Assembly: GCA_016784605.1 (NCBI GenBank)
Contig: JADHUI010000001.1
Location: forward strand, 27,543 to 91,542
DNA: 64,000 nt
Origin: Fidelibacterota bacterium
GTDB taxonomy: Bacteria; Fidelibacterota; Marinisomatia; Marinisomatales; UBA1611
Direction of reading: 5' to 3'
Shown here piece by piece: positions 1 to 9,733 of this stretch. Both the position numbers and the translations under genes were made by a program. How positions within the stretch are numbered: the first letter of the stretch is position 1; each line of letters begins with the position of its first letter. A model generated the notes under the pieces. That model searched no databases, had not been told where the DNA came from, and saw only the letters and a list, made by a program, of their open reading frames with translations.

Positions 1-1009
1 AGCTAAGTTCTTTTTTTAAAAAGGTGTCCGACTTGTTTAAGACAATAACGCGCTTAACATCAGTAGTATCAACAGGATACGACAAACTATCTATTACGCG
101 CAAAACCAAGTCAGCGGTTTCAATTTCCTCAACAGATCGATTAACGCCGTCCGACTCAATGACGTTTTCTGTGTTTCGAATTCCAGCAGTGTCAACATAG
201 CAAACAGGTATTCCACCTACAACAGTATTTACCTCAATTGTGTCTCTTGTGGTGCCGGGGATATCACTTGTTATTGCTCTGTTTTTTCCAAGCAACACAT
301 TTAACAGTGTTGATTTTCCAACATTCGGAACGCCTGAAATAACAACTCGAGCGCCCGACGATAAAATCCTCCCATCGTGGTAGGTTTTTAACAAACCATT
401 AAAAGCGTCTAATACTGACGCCAGTAAAGAATAGGCTTTTTCGAGTCTGTCTTTGTCAGCCTCATCTTCAGACACGTCCAGCTCAAACTCCACTAAAGAT
501 AAAGCTTCTACCAAGTCTTTGCGAAGGTCTGTGAGCTTATTGGATAAAGCACCCCGCACCAACCGCACGTTTAATTTAGCCGCATCAAGCGACCTTGAGT
601 GAATTAGCGATGCGACGGACTCCGCCTGAATTAAATCAAGTTTTCCGTTTAAAAAAGCACGACGAGTAAATTCGCCCGGGTCCGCAAGCCGACACCCAAA
701 ATCAACACAAAAAGAAACAAGAGAAGAAACAATAGCCGGGCTTCCATGACAGGATATTTCAATAATATTCTCTCCCGTATAGGAGTTTGGCGCACAAAAA
801 AGCGTTACAACAACATCGTCAAAAGGGTCGCCGTCAGGCGCTACGATTAATAATGTTGTGGCAACGCGATCAACAAGAGGGTTTGTTTTTATTCTCGGAA
901 TAAGCTTTTCAGCGACAGGTATTACACCATCACCGCTCATTCGCACAACCGCTAAACCTCCAAAGCCAAAAGGCGTTGATGGCGCAACAATCGTATCTGT
1001 TGGGAACAT
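1..1009 (-). CDS. mnmE: tRNA modification GTPase MnmE (TrmE), N-terminal ~336 codons; the 3' end lies beyond the window edge
   Basis: Absent from the ORF track because it runs off position 1. My minus-strand translation from ATG (1009-1007) reads MFPTDTIVAPSTPFGFGGLAVVRMSGDGVIPVAEKL. G1 motif VVISGVPNVGKSTLLN is at about 296-343 and G3 motif VDTAGIRNT at about 172-198. The start overlaps the yidC stop by 1 nt (TAATG). The yidC-mnmE synteny is typical. Confidence 0.9.
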   Translation of the reverse strand, partial: MFPTDTIVAPSTPFGFGGLAVVRMSGDGVIPVAEKLIPRIKTNPLVDRVATTLLIVAPDGDPFDDVVVTLFCAPNSYTGENIIEISCHGSPAIVSSLVSFCVDFGCRLADPGEFTRRAFLNGKLDLIQAESVASLIHSRSLDAAKLNVRLVRGALSNKLTDLRKDLVEALSLVEFELDVSEDEADKDRLEKAYSLLASVLDAFNGLLKTYHDGRILSSGARVVISGVPNVGKSTLLNVLLGKNRAITSDIPGTTRDTIEVNTVVGGIPVCYVDTAGIRNTENVIESDGVNRSVEEIETADLVLRVIDSLSYPVDTTDVKRVIVLNKSDTFLKKELS

Positions 1010-2661
1010 TATTTTGCGGGTTTACCCGCAGCGGGGACAAACTTTTGTTGAGCGATTGTTAATACATTAAATAACGTATAATATAAATTTAATCCAGATG
1101 GAAAATTGTTAAACATCAAAAAGAAAAAGCCAGACATAAAATAAGACATCATTTTTTGTTGTGCCTGCTGCCCTGCTCCGCCCATCATGCGTTGCTGTAT
1201 AAACATAGACACGACCATTAACATAGGCAGTACGCTTACTTGATCACCATAAATAGGAACAGTAAAAGGTAGGTGGAAGATGGTGTCTGGGGCCGATAAA
1301 TCTGTTATCCATAACCCAAACGGTTTACCGCGAAGCTCGATGGTTGTTCGAAACACCGTAAAAAGACCAAAAAGAAGGGGCATTTGAATTAACATTGGAA
1401 TACAGCCGCCAAGCGGGTTTACGCCCTTCTCTTTATAAAGCTGCATGGTTGCTTGGTTTAGCTTGTTTGGGTTGCTCTTATATTTTTCTTTCAATGCGTT
1501 TATTTCGGGCTGAACCGCCTGCATTGCCTGGGTAGATTGGTAGCTTTTTTTTGTAAGAGGAAAAACAACAATTTTCACAAGGAAAGAAAAAATAATCAAT
1601 ACGAAACCGTAGTTTGGAATCCAGGTATACATTTTTTTAAGTAACCATAAAATCCCTTTAGAGATCGGCTTTATAAAGCCCCACCCAAAGTTCATAATGC
1701 GTTCTAGTTCAACGCCCAAGTCGCGCACACGATTAAACTCTAATGGCCCCAAATATAACTTAGTTGTCGTTGGGGCAGAGCCAACCATCATAAGAGACGC
1801 GCTATATGTTTCTTTTTCTTTATATTCGCCGTAAACACCAGCGCCCAATGTTAATTCGGGGCGTTCTGGGATAAGGGCTGTTACAAAATATTTAGATCGA
1901 ATAGCAACCCAGTCGGTTTTCCCGGGAAGATCATCTTTTTGCGACTCATCTTTTTTAACTTTTAAATCGTGTAATTCGCCCCCCTGAAAGGCATAACTGT
2001 AAAAATATGTCTGGTCATCTTTGATGTTTGGTTCAGTCGAAGTGAGCCCGCCGTTCCAAGAAAGAATAATATTCCCATTTAATAGATCGGCTTTTGCGCC
2101 AGAGAAATCAACGGTAATATCAATCGAATAATTATCAGGATAAAACACGAGTGTTTTTTCAACCGGAAGATTATTATTTGGACCAATATAAGTTAAAAAA
2201 GAGACCTTAGATGGTTTTTTGCTTCCATAGCTTATGGATTCATAAGACAGCTCCCACGGCTCAGAAAGTTCAACAATTTCTCCATCTTCAGATAAATAGG
2301 ACAAAAGTAAGTTTTGGTTATTTACCCCATTAATAAGCTCAACAAAAGAGCTGTCTTTTTGTTTATAATCTTTTAAGGAGAAAGCTTTAAGAGAACCACC
2401 ATTAATAGATGACAAAGTAGCACGATAAAGATTTGTTTCTATTTTTACAACCCTTTCTTCAGCGCCAGGTTTTCGGGATGCTTTAATTTGCGGGATGTTG
2501 GCAATCGATTTTTTAATGACAGGCGCAGGCGCCTGTGCAATTAAAGAGTCAATATGTGTTTTTTGAGCAATCGGTTGCTGTTCTTGCGGCGGTATATAAT
2601 AAGGAGTAAATATCATTATAAGCGCAATTAAGAAAAAAGCGACAAGCGTATTTCTATCCAT
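1009..2661 (-). CDS. yidC: Membrane protein insertase YidC (550 aa)
   Basis: N-terminal TM helix, large periplasmic domain, and a conserved C-terminal 60 kDa insertase core (KSYQSTQAMQAVQPEINALKEKYK, GVNPLGGCIPMLIQMPLLFGLF). Sits between rpmH and mnmE. Confidence 0.95.
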   Translation of the reverse strand: MDRNTLVAFFLIALIMIFTPYYIPPQEQQPIAQKTHIDSLIAQAPAPVIKKSIANIPQIKASRKPGAEERVVKIETNLYRATLSSINGGSLKAFSLKDYKQKDSSFVELINGVNNQNLLLSYLSEDGEIVELSEPWELSYESISYGSKKPSKVSFLTYIGPNNNLPVEKTLVFYPDNYSIDITVDFSGAKADLLNGNIILSWNGGLTSTEPNIKDDQTYFYSYAFQGGELHDLKVKKDESQKDDLPGKTDWVAIRSKYFVTALIPERPELTLGAGVYGEYKEKETYSASLMMVGSAPTTTKLYLGPLEFNRVRDLGVELERIMNFGWGFIKPISKGILWLLKKMYTWIPNYGFVLIIFSFLVKIVVFPLTKKSYQSTQAMQAVQPEINALKEKYKSNPNKLNQATMQLYKEKGVNPLGGCIPMLIQMPLLFGLFTVFRTTIELRGKPFGLWITDLSAPDTIFHLPFTVPIYGDQVSVLPMLMVVSMFIQQRMMGGAGQQAQQKMMSYFMSGFFFLMFNNFPSGLNLYYTLFNVLTIAQQKFVPAAGKPAK

Positions 2662-2742
2662 GATGACTGTATTGGTTAATTATGTGTGTAAGGATTGTAA
2701 AAAGAAAACAATGTGGCCCAGAGGGCTTAAAAAGCATAATGA

Positions 2743-2877
2743 CTAGGCGGTAAGCTGTTTGCGCCCTTTTTTGCGGCGGCTCTTAATAACATTGCGCCCG
2801 CCCACAGTTTCCATGCGGGATCGAAAGCCATGCTTGTTTTTTCGTTTTCTATTACTCGGTTGATATGTTCGTTTCAT
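2743..2877 (-). CDS. rpmH: 50S ribosomal protein L34 (44 aa)
   Basis: [44 protein letters not shown] is a canonical L34 sequence. The track ORF (to 2934) is an upstream extension; the true start is the internal ATG at 2877. Confidence 0.95.
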   Translation of the reverse strand: MKRTYQPSNRKRKNKHGFRSRMETVGGRNVIKSRRKKGRKQLTA

Positions 2878-3016
2878 TTCGGCTCCAAAATAGCCCGCGA
2901 ATATATAAAAGAGAAATGAGTGTCCAAAACACATTTTTTCATAAAATTAATTTATTTTTGAAAAATCCAGTAGAACCATATAGGAAAATTCTCATAATTT
3001 ATTACTTAACAATACC

Positions 3017-3036
3017 TGTGGATAACTTGGGGATAA
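3017..3036. promoter_or_regulatory. Two adjacent DnaA boxes in the rpmH-dnaA spacer (dnaA autoregulation and/or part of oriC)
   Basis: tgtggataa at 3017-3025 is a perfect reverse complement of TTATCCACA. tggggataa at 3028-3036 has one mismatch. They lie 8-27 bp upstream of the dnaA ATG and follow an AT-rich stretch (2935-3010). Confidence 0.75.
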
Positions 3037-3043
3037 CCAATTA

Positions 3044-4381
3044 ATGACCAATATGACAGAATTGTGGGCGACAACAACAAAACAGTTGAAAATTTCGCTT
3101 CCACAACACGCTTATAACACGTGGCTTGAGCCTATTAAGCCCGAATCAATCAACGGGAATACGATTATACTAAATGTCCCAAATCAATTTTTTTATGAAT
3201 GGATCGAATCTCACTATGCGTCAACGATTAGGAGTACGGTAAAGTCAATTTCGGGCGATACGGATGTTAAGTTTGTGGTGACGAACGATGAAACGCCAGA
3301 AATCAAAGATGCACCGCAACAATATATAATAAAAAAGCCCACAACGGCCCCGAATCTCAACAGGCATTTTTCCTTTTCCGCATTCATTGAGGGCGAAAAT
3401 AATCAATTTGCAAAAGCGGCAGCGTCCGCAGTTTCTAAGTCCCCAGGAGAAAAATCGTTTAATCCTCTCATTATATATGGAGGCGTAGGCCTTGGAAAAA
3501 CACACCTTCTTCATTCAATTGGAAATTCCATATTAGAATTAAATCCAAACGCAGGCGTCGTAATCGCTTCAAGCGAAAAATTTACACAAGACTTTATTTC
3601 TAGTATCCAGCGCAACAAAACGGTCGCATTCGCAAAGCAATACAGAAGCGCCGATGTGCTTCTTATTGATGATGTTCAATTTTTTCAAGGAAAAGAACAA
3701 ACGCAGGAACAATTTTTTCACACATTTAATGAATTATACCAAAACGGAAAACAAATTGTATTAACCGCGGACCGATATCCAAGCGAAATGGTTGGACTTC
3801 AAGACCGCCTATTATCGAGGTTTCAATCGGGTCTTGCTGTAGATATTCAGCCGCCAAACTTTGAAATGCGCGTTGCCATTCTTTTAAATAAGGCAGAACA
3901 AAACGGATTAAACCTTCCGTATAATATGATAGAATTTCTAGCAACCCATATAAAGAATAATGTAAGAGACTTAGAAGGAACTATTATTCGTTTATTAGCC
4001 CACTCGTCATTAATGAACAGAGATATTGACTTTGACTTGGTTAAAAATGTGGTAAAGGAACGTGTAGGGAAAATACCAACATCAACTGTTTCGGTCGAAG
4101 ATGTGGTTCGCCGAGTATCCGACACGCTAGATATAAAGGAAAAAGATATAGTAGGAAAAAGCCGAAAACAGGAAATAGTAGAAGCAAGACAAATAGCCAT
4201 GTATTTATGTCGCCAAATAATCGGCTCTTCGTTTGCCAATATTGGCGTTTATTTTGGAGGGCGGGACCATACAACCGTTTTACATGCCGTAAAAACAATT
4301 GAAAGAAAACGAAATGCAGATATTAGGGTGGGAGATTTAGTAAAAGGATTAAAACAAGAATTTTTACTCCTACCCAATTAA
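3044..4381 (+). CDS. dnaA: Chromosomal replication initiator protein DnaA (445 aa)
   Basis: AAA+ Walker A GGVGLGKTHLLHSIG, Walker B LLIDDVQF, sensor and box VII regions, and the C-terminal DNA-binding domain (IAMYLCRQIIGSSFANIGVYFGGRDHTTVLHAVKTI). Confidence 0.97.
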   Translation: MTNMTELWATTTKQLKISLPQHAYNTWLEPIKPESINGNTIILNVPNQFFYEWIESHYASTIRSTVKSISGDTDVKFVVTNDETPEIKDAPQQYIIKKPTTAPNLNRHFSFSAFIEGENNQFAKAAASAVSKSPGEKSFNPLIIYGGVGLGKTHLLHSIGNSILELNPNAGVVIASSEKFTQDFISSIQRNKTVAFAKQYRSADVLLIDDVQFFQGKEQTQEQFFHTFNELYQNGKQIVLTADRYPSEMVGLQDRLLSRFQSGLAVDIQPPNFEMRVAILLNKAEQNGLNLPYNMIEFLATHIKNNVRDLEGTIIRLLAHSSLMNRDIDFDLVKNVVKERVGKIPTSTVSVEDVVRRVSDTLDIKEKDIVGKSRKQEIVEARQIAMYLCRQIIGSSFANIGVYFGGRDHTTVLHAVKTIERKRNADIRVGDLVKGLKQEFLLLPN

Positions 4382-4519
4382 ATACGGAGCAAGAAAGGCT
4401 TGCGTATGTAGAACCCCTTTTCTATATTTCTATTCGGCGTTACGCGGGGGATAAAGCACTACCCCCCCACAAACAAAACAAACTTGAAAAACAACAACAA
4501 CAACAAAAGGAGTCTTGTT

Positions 4520-7500
4520 ATGAGAAAAGCGATAGCTTTTTTAACGGTCTTTATGATGAGCATTACTTTGTTTGCACAAAGCAATGATTCAAAATATGGA
4601 CTTGGCAAAAGCGCACCTGAAATTCAGCTACCTTCTAGCTTGGATGATAATGCGCGAACGGAGGATTGGACATTATATATGGTTGATTCTTGGGGCGACG
4701 GCTGGGATGGCGCATATATGGACGTTTCAATTAACGGCACGTTAGTATATGACGACATAACAGTTGATGCGTCTGAAGCATTCTTTACATTATCTGTAAA
4801 CGATGGCGATGTTATTCAAACAGCCTACACACCAGGTAATTATGAAAGCGAACACGCTTACGGTATTTATGACCACAATGGTAACTTAGTTGCGAGTGAT
4901 GGCCCAAGCCCAAGCAGCGGTATAACAGTAACCGTTGTACTAAACCCTCCACCAGCCGTCTTCTTTTCTGAATATGCTGAAGGTTCAAGTAATAATAAAT
5001 ATTTAGAAGTATATAACGGCACAGATGCTGTTATCAATTTAGACGAATTTGTTATTCGTGGTAATTATAATGGTAACCCATGGAGCGAGGCGTTTACATT
5101 TGCTTCAGGAGCAACGCTTGCAAGTGGCGACGTTTACGTTATTGCAAATTCAAGCTCTACAGATGCCATACAAGCGCTTGCAGATGAATTATTAGCTTAC
5201 GGAGACCCGTGGTATACTGCGGCTTTTAATGGTGATGACGTACGAGCACTTTGTCATGTAAGTGGAACAGACACCACAATTCTTGATATAATTGGCACAC
5301 TTGATGGCGATGGCGATGGCGTATCAGGCGAAGGTTCTGAAGATGATCCCGGTAGTGGCTTTAACGTTGCTGGTACAGATAACGCAACAAAAGATTATAC
5401 CTTAGTACGAAAAGATGAAATAACAAGTGGAAACGGTGGCGACTGGGCTGCTTCTGCGGGCACAACAGCTGATGACTCTGAGTGGTTGGTTGGCGAACGC
5501 CCATCTGCAGATTATACACCTCCAACATTAGGTTGGCACATTAATGAGCCAACACCTCCTTGTGAATCAAACGATATTACATTTACCATGATTGATTCTT
5601 ATGGTGATGGTTGGAATGGTAGCACATATACATTCACAAATGATGCGGGTGAGGTTGTAGCTACAGGCGGACTCGAATCAGGAGAGTTTCAAGAAGATGC
5701 TCTATGTCTTGCTGATGGTATTTATAATTTAGTTGTGGGCGGTGGATCCTATATGGGTGAAGTGAGTTGGACAATTTATGATAATACCAACGACGTTGCA
5801 GTTGCAGAGGGCGGTGCGCCGTTTGATGCAGATGTTGCGATTAATGTAGCAACAGTACCTGGCTGTACAGACCCAGGCGCTATTAACTACAACGCCGATG
5901 CAAATCTAAATGATGGTTCTTGTTATTATGAAGGCGATTCTTGTTCGGTTGCTATTCCCGCCAACGCTGGCGAAGAAGGAAACGGCGCAACGGGCGCAGA
6001 ACAATGGTTTTCTTATACAGCGACAATGGATGGGTTTATAACAGCAACAACATGTTATGAGGGTCAAACAGAAGACACAGATGTAGATGTCTTTGACGCA
6101 TGTGACGGAAACCTTGTTGCAACAAACGATGATGCTGGTTGCGGTGACGTAACAGGCGGAAACAATTATGCATCACATGTAGAATTTCCAATCACAGCAG
6201 GAGAAACGTATTATTTCTTCTGGGATGATACTTGGAGCCCAGATGCTTTTACTTGGTATCTATACGAAACACCTCCTCCTGCAGGTCCTGAAGACCTTGT
6301 AGCTGTCGGCGGTGTAGAAGTTGTTGATTTAGCTTGGACACCTTTAGCGCCAGCAGGTGATGACGGACGCTCTAATCAGCCGAGTATTTCTTATGAAAAC
6401 CATATGGGTAATCCAAACGGTTTAACAATTGATGAATATTTATCTGAACTTGAACTTAAAAAAGAAGAACAAGCACAGATTCCATCAAATACAAGAGCCG
6501 AACTAATAGAACGTTATGCATCTCAAGCGAATAGTCGCGATTTAGATGTTTATGTAACGCTTTATGATTCTTATGGCGACGGTTACGACGGAAATGGATA
6601 TTTAGACACAGAAGATGGAACTAATATTGCAACATTCCCGGGCGGTGCTTGGGGAAGCGAAGCTGCATACGGACCTTTTACTTTAGTAGATGGTGTTTAT
6701 GTTGTTCATTTCGATGATGCAAGTTGGGCATCTGAAACAACATGGCAAGCAACAGATGTTGATGGCAATATTCTAGCTGAAGGCGGAGTATCAACTCCAG
6801 TATATTTTGCTGTGGGTGATGGCCCCGTTCCGCAAGCCGACATTTCTATCACAAGCATGTGGTATGATGGTTATGAAGATGCTTTAATGATTGAAATTGC
6901 AAATACAGGCGATGCAGATGCGGGTCAGTTTTATGTGACTTACTATCTTCAAAATCCGACAGACGGTACTTGCTTAAACGAAACATATGAAGCGTGGGGC
7001 TCTATTGATGGTCTCGCAGCGGGCGCAACAACAGTCACTGGCGTTGCGGGCGTACAACCTTATATGGGTTGGGGTTCGTTTGAAATGGGCGCTTTTGCTG
7101 ATTGGTATTGCAGTGTTGAAGAAAGCAATGAGGATAATAACACAATCACAAGTACAATTGATGTTGTAAACCCACTTGACGGCGTACAATGGAATGTATA
7201 TCGCAGTGATGCGGGCGCTGACTTTGCTTTAGTTGCTACACCTGAAACAGATCCAATGTTTAGCGACGAAACAGTCGTAGGCGATGTAGAATATTGTTAC
7301 TATGTAACACAAATTCTAGAAGATGCGCCTGAATCAACATCGTCTAACACAGCATGCGCAACACCTGTTCCAGCTGTTAATTTGCCGGCACCAACAGACT
7401 TGGTTGGCGAATATGCAAACTGGGAAGTTATGTTAAGTTGGACAGCTCCAGACTTAGATGGTTTGGGTCGTTCTAATAGCGCATTTGATATGGAAGAAAA

Positions 7501-9703
7501 AATCGACGATCCTATGGATTATCCGATTTATAATAAATCTGACTATCCAGATAGAAGTCGTCAGGGTGGCGATACGGTTGATGATGCTACTGTGATTGAA
7601 TCACTTCCATATTCTAACTCCGGAACAACGGAAGGTTATACACACGATTATGATGAAGTGTGTCCTTACGATGGCAGTGAATCTCCGGATGTTGTATATA
7701 GCTATACAGCAACAGAAGATGGTGTTATGGATGTTAGTCTCTGCGGTGAAGGCACAAACTACGATACAAAAGTATATGTATATGAGAATGCCGCAGGAAC
7801 ACTTGCCCAAACAGTAGACGGTTTTGATGCGTGTAACGATGATGAGTGCGCAAACTCAACCACCAACTGGTTAAGTTTCATACCGGGCGTTTCTTTGACG
7901 GCCGGTAATACCTACTACATTGTTGTAGATGGGTATGGAAGTGACGCGGGCAATTATGAGTTAAACATAACAGTTCCAAGTCCGCTCATCGGATATAATG
8001 TTTACAGAGACGGTGAAGTCGTCGGACAAGCTCCTGGTGATGCACTTGGTTTCTCTGAATTCGTGTATGATCTTGGTACATATAGTTACAACGTAACAGC
8101 AATCTATGCTGTATATGGCGAATCTGAACCAAGTAATACGGTTGATGTAGAAGTTGTGGAACCACCACTTGTACTTCATCCTCCAATGAACCTTTTTGCA
8201 GAAGCAATGGGGAACGATGTGTATCTGAATTGGGATCCACCTCAAGGAACCGCTGCATGGTTACATTATGATGATGGCATTAATGCAACAGGTATTGGTG
8301 TGAACGGTCCAGCAGATTTTGATGTATCTGCACGATTTACCCAAGCCGAGTTAATGGACTTCAATGGCGCTGTTCTTGAAAAAGTTAGATTCTTCCCATT
8401 AGTGGAAAACAGTGAATATTCTGTCCGTGTTTATACAGGCGATGGACAAACAATGGTTGTTGATCAACTTGTTACGTCCCCCGTTATTGGCGACTGGAAC
8501 GAAATTGTTTTAGACGATCCCGTTTCGATTGATATGACTGTTGACCTTTGGGTTGGATACCGCGTAAATACACAAGAAGGTTATCCTGCAGGTTGCGATG
8601 CCGGTCCCGCTGTTCCTTTCCAAGGCGACCTAATTGGTTGGCCAAACGATGAAGGTGGCATGGATTGGGTTTCAATGGCGACAGATTATGGTTTAGACTA
8701 TAATTGGAATATTCAGGGTTTTGTTGCTCAGGCAGGAGGTCGCACAGACATTCTTGAACCTGTAGCGCTAAGCCAAGGAAATCGCCAATTATCATCGAAT
8801 CTTAATGTAGTTCATGGTGAAATAAACCAAGAAGCGTCTCCATCTATTAACAGTGTAAGTCGTTCACTGCAAAGTTATACTGTTTACAGAGATGGTGAAT
8901 CAGTCGCATCTGTTCCAGCAGATATGTTGAACTTTGAAGATGCTGATATGGATTATGATGTTACATATTCTTATTATGTTACAGCTGTATATGATGAAGG
9001 CGAATCAGAGCCATCAAACACAGCAGATGCTACACCGCATAATAATGCACCATCCGCATTTAACCTTATTTCTCCAGTAGACAATACAGTGATTACAATC
9101 ACTCCAGATAATGTGGCTACAGGCGAAGCAATGTTTATGTGGACACCATCCGCAGATGCCGATGGCGACGTTGTTGAATACACCTTTGGGTGGGTACAGC
9201 CAGGCGCATGGTATGGTGACGATTCTGTTACAACAGCTAACTCTATTGTGATTCCTTATTCATATGCATATGAGCAAATTACAACACACGGCGATTCAGC
9301 TGGCGGTTGGTGGTGGCTTGTTGAAGCATCTGACGGTGTGGATACCACAAGCTCAACTCCGCAGTATATGACTGTCGTTTGGGATATTAGCGCAATGCTT
9401 TCCATTGACGAGTTTGGACTTCCGGATGAATTTGCATTACATCAAAATTATCCAAACCCATTTAACCCAGTTACAACAATTGCATTTGATGTTCCAGAAC
9501 AATCAGATGTATTGGTTGAAATCTATAGCGTAACAGGTCAACGTGTTAAAACGCTCGTTAACCAAAATGTAGATGCTGGTTTCCATAAAATAATGTGGAA
9601 TGGAACAAACGATGCTGGTGTTGGATTAGCTTCGGGTATGTATATTTATAGAATTTCAGCCAACAACTTCACAAATGTGAAGAAGCTGATTTTTATGAAA
9701 TAA
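4520..9703 (+). CDS. Giant secreted multidomain T9SS cargo protein (1727 aa from ATG 4520). Domains: three copies of a DSYGDGW-type module, a lamin-tail-like (LTD) domain, two PPC-like (pre-peptidase C-terminal) domains, FN3/Ig-like repeats, and a T9SS C-terminal sorting domain
   Basis: AAAGGAG RBS precedes ATG 4520 (the track start 4484 is an upstream extension). Signal peptide MRKAIAFLTVFMMSITLFAQS. LTD-like segment FFSEYAEGSSNNKYLEVYNGTDAVINLDEF. C-terminus FALHQNYPNPFNPVTTIAFDV...GMYIYRISANNFTNVKKLIFMK is a T9SS type-A CTD. Confidence 0.85.
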   Translation: MRKAIAFLTVFMMSITLFAQSNDSKYGLGKSAPEIQLPSSLDDNARTEDWTLYMVDSWGDGWDGAYMDVSINGTLVYDDITVDASEAFFTLSVNDGDVIQTAYTPGNYESEHAYGIYDHNGNLVASDGPSPSSGITVTVVLNPPPAVFFSEYAEGSSNNKYLEVYNGTDAVINLDEFVIRGNYNGNPWSEAFTFASGATLASGDVYVIANSSSTDAIQALADELLAYGDPWYTAAFNGDDVRALCHVSGTDTTILDIIGTLDGDGDGVSGEGSEDDPGSGFNVAGTDNATKDYTLVRKDEITSGNGGDWAASAGTTADDSEWLVGERPSADYTPPTLGWHINEPTPPCESNDITFTMIDSYGDGWNGSTYTFTNDAGEVVATGGLESGEFQEDALCLADGIYNLVVGGGSYMGEVSWTIYDNTNDVAVAEGGAPFDADVAINVATVPGCTDPGAINYNADANLNDGSCYYEGDSCSVAIPANAGEEGNGATGAEQWFSYTATMDGFITATTCYEGQTEDTDVDVFDACDGNLVATNDDAGCGDVTGGNNYASHVEFPITAGETYYFFWDDTWSPDAFTWYLYETPPPAGPEDLVAVGGVEVVDLAWTPLAPAGDDGRSNQPSISYENHMGNPNGLTIDEYLSELELKKEEQAQIPSNTRAELIERYASQANSRDLDVYVTLYDSYGDGYDGNGYLDTEDGTNIATFPGGAWGSEAAYGPFTLVDGVYVVHFDDASWASETTWQATDVDGNILAEGGVSTPVYFAVGDGPVPQADISITSMWYDGYEDALMIEIANTGDADAGQFYVTYYLQNPTDGTCLNETYEAWGSIDGLAAGATTVTGVAGVQPYMGWGSFEMGAFADWYCSVEESNEDNNTITSTIDVVNPLDGVQWNVYRSDAGADFALVATPETDPMFSDETVVGDVEYCYYVTQILEDAPESTSSNTACATPVPAVNLPAPTDLVGEYANWEVMLSWTAPDLDGLGRSNSAFDMEEKIDDPMDYPIYNKSDYPDRSRQGGDTVDDATVIESLPYSNSGTTEGYTHDYDEVCPYDGSESPDVVYSYTATEDGVMDVSLCGEGTNYDTKVYVYENAAGTLAQTVDGFDACNDDECANSTTNWLSFIPGVSLTAGNTYYIVVDGYGSDAGNYELNITVPSPLIGYNVYRDGEVVGQAPGDALGFSEFVYDLGTYSYNVTAIYAVYGESEPSNTVDVEVVEPPLVLHPPMNLFAEAMGNDVYLNWDPPQGTAAWLHYDDGINATGIGVNGPADFDVSARFTQAELMDFNGAVLEKVRFFPLVENSEYSVRVYTGDGQTMVVDQLVTSPVIGDWNEIVLDDPVSIDMTVDLWVGYRVNTQEGYPAGCDAGPAVPFQGDLIGWPNDEGGMDWVSMATDYGLDYNWNIQGFVAQAGGRTDILEPVALSQGNRQLSSNLNVVHGEINQEASPSINSVSRSLQSYTVYRDGESVASVPADMLNFEDADMDYDVTYSYYVTAVYDEGESEPSNTADATPHNNAPSAFNLISPVDNTVITITPDNVATGEAMFMWTPSADADGDVVEYTFGWVQPGAWYGDDSVTTANSIVIPYSYAYEQITTHGDSAGGWWWLVEASDGVDTTSSTPQYMTVVWDISAMLSIDEFGLPDEFALHQNYPNPFNPVTTIAFDVPEQSDVLVEIYSVTGQRVKTLVNQNVDAGFHKIMWNGTNDAGVGLASGMYIYRISANNFTNVKKLIFMK

Positions 9704-9733
9704 ACCTGAATCAAACATAAAATACAAAAAAAG

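Noticed and set aside
858-1070. 70-aa plus-strand ORF across the mnmE/yidC junction
   Set aside because: It is antisense to two well-supported conserved genes and has no motif. It is a typical shadow ORF.
3245-4298. Four minus-strand ORFs (72-130 aa) inside dnaA
   Set aside because: They are antisense to a full-length, motif-complete dnaA. They are low-complexity with no signal or homology.
4382-4519. dnaA-downstream spacer as an alternative oriC
   Set aside because: It has only one degenerate box-like sequence (gggggataa) and no cluster of TTATCCACA-type boxes. The region is better explained as the promoter/leader of the giant gene.
4484-4519. Track-predicted upstream starts (4484, 16408, 21704, 2934, 56418, 13298, 43984)
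   Set aside because: In each case a downstream ATG has a Shine-Dalgarno sequence and/or begins a proper signal peptide or the conserved protein N-terminus. The longer forms add non-conserved residues or overlap the neighbouring gene.
6974-9183. Multiple 60-103-aa ORFs on both strands inside the 1727-aa gene
   Set aside because: They are nested in or antisense to a long ORF with a continuous domain architecture from signal peptide to CTD. These are alternative-frame artefacts.
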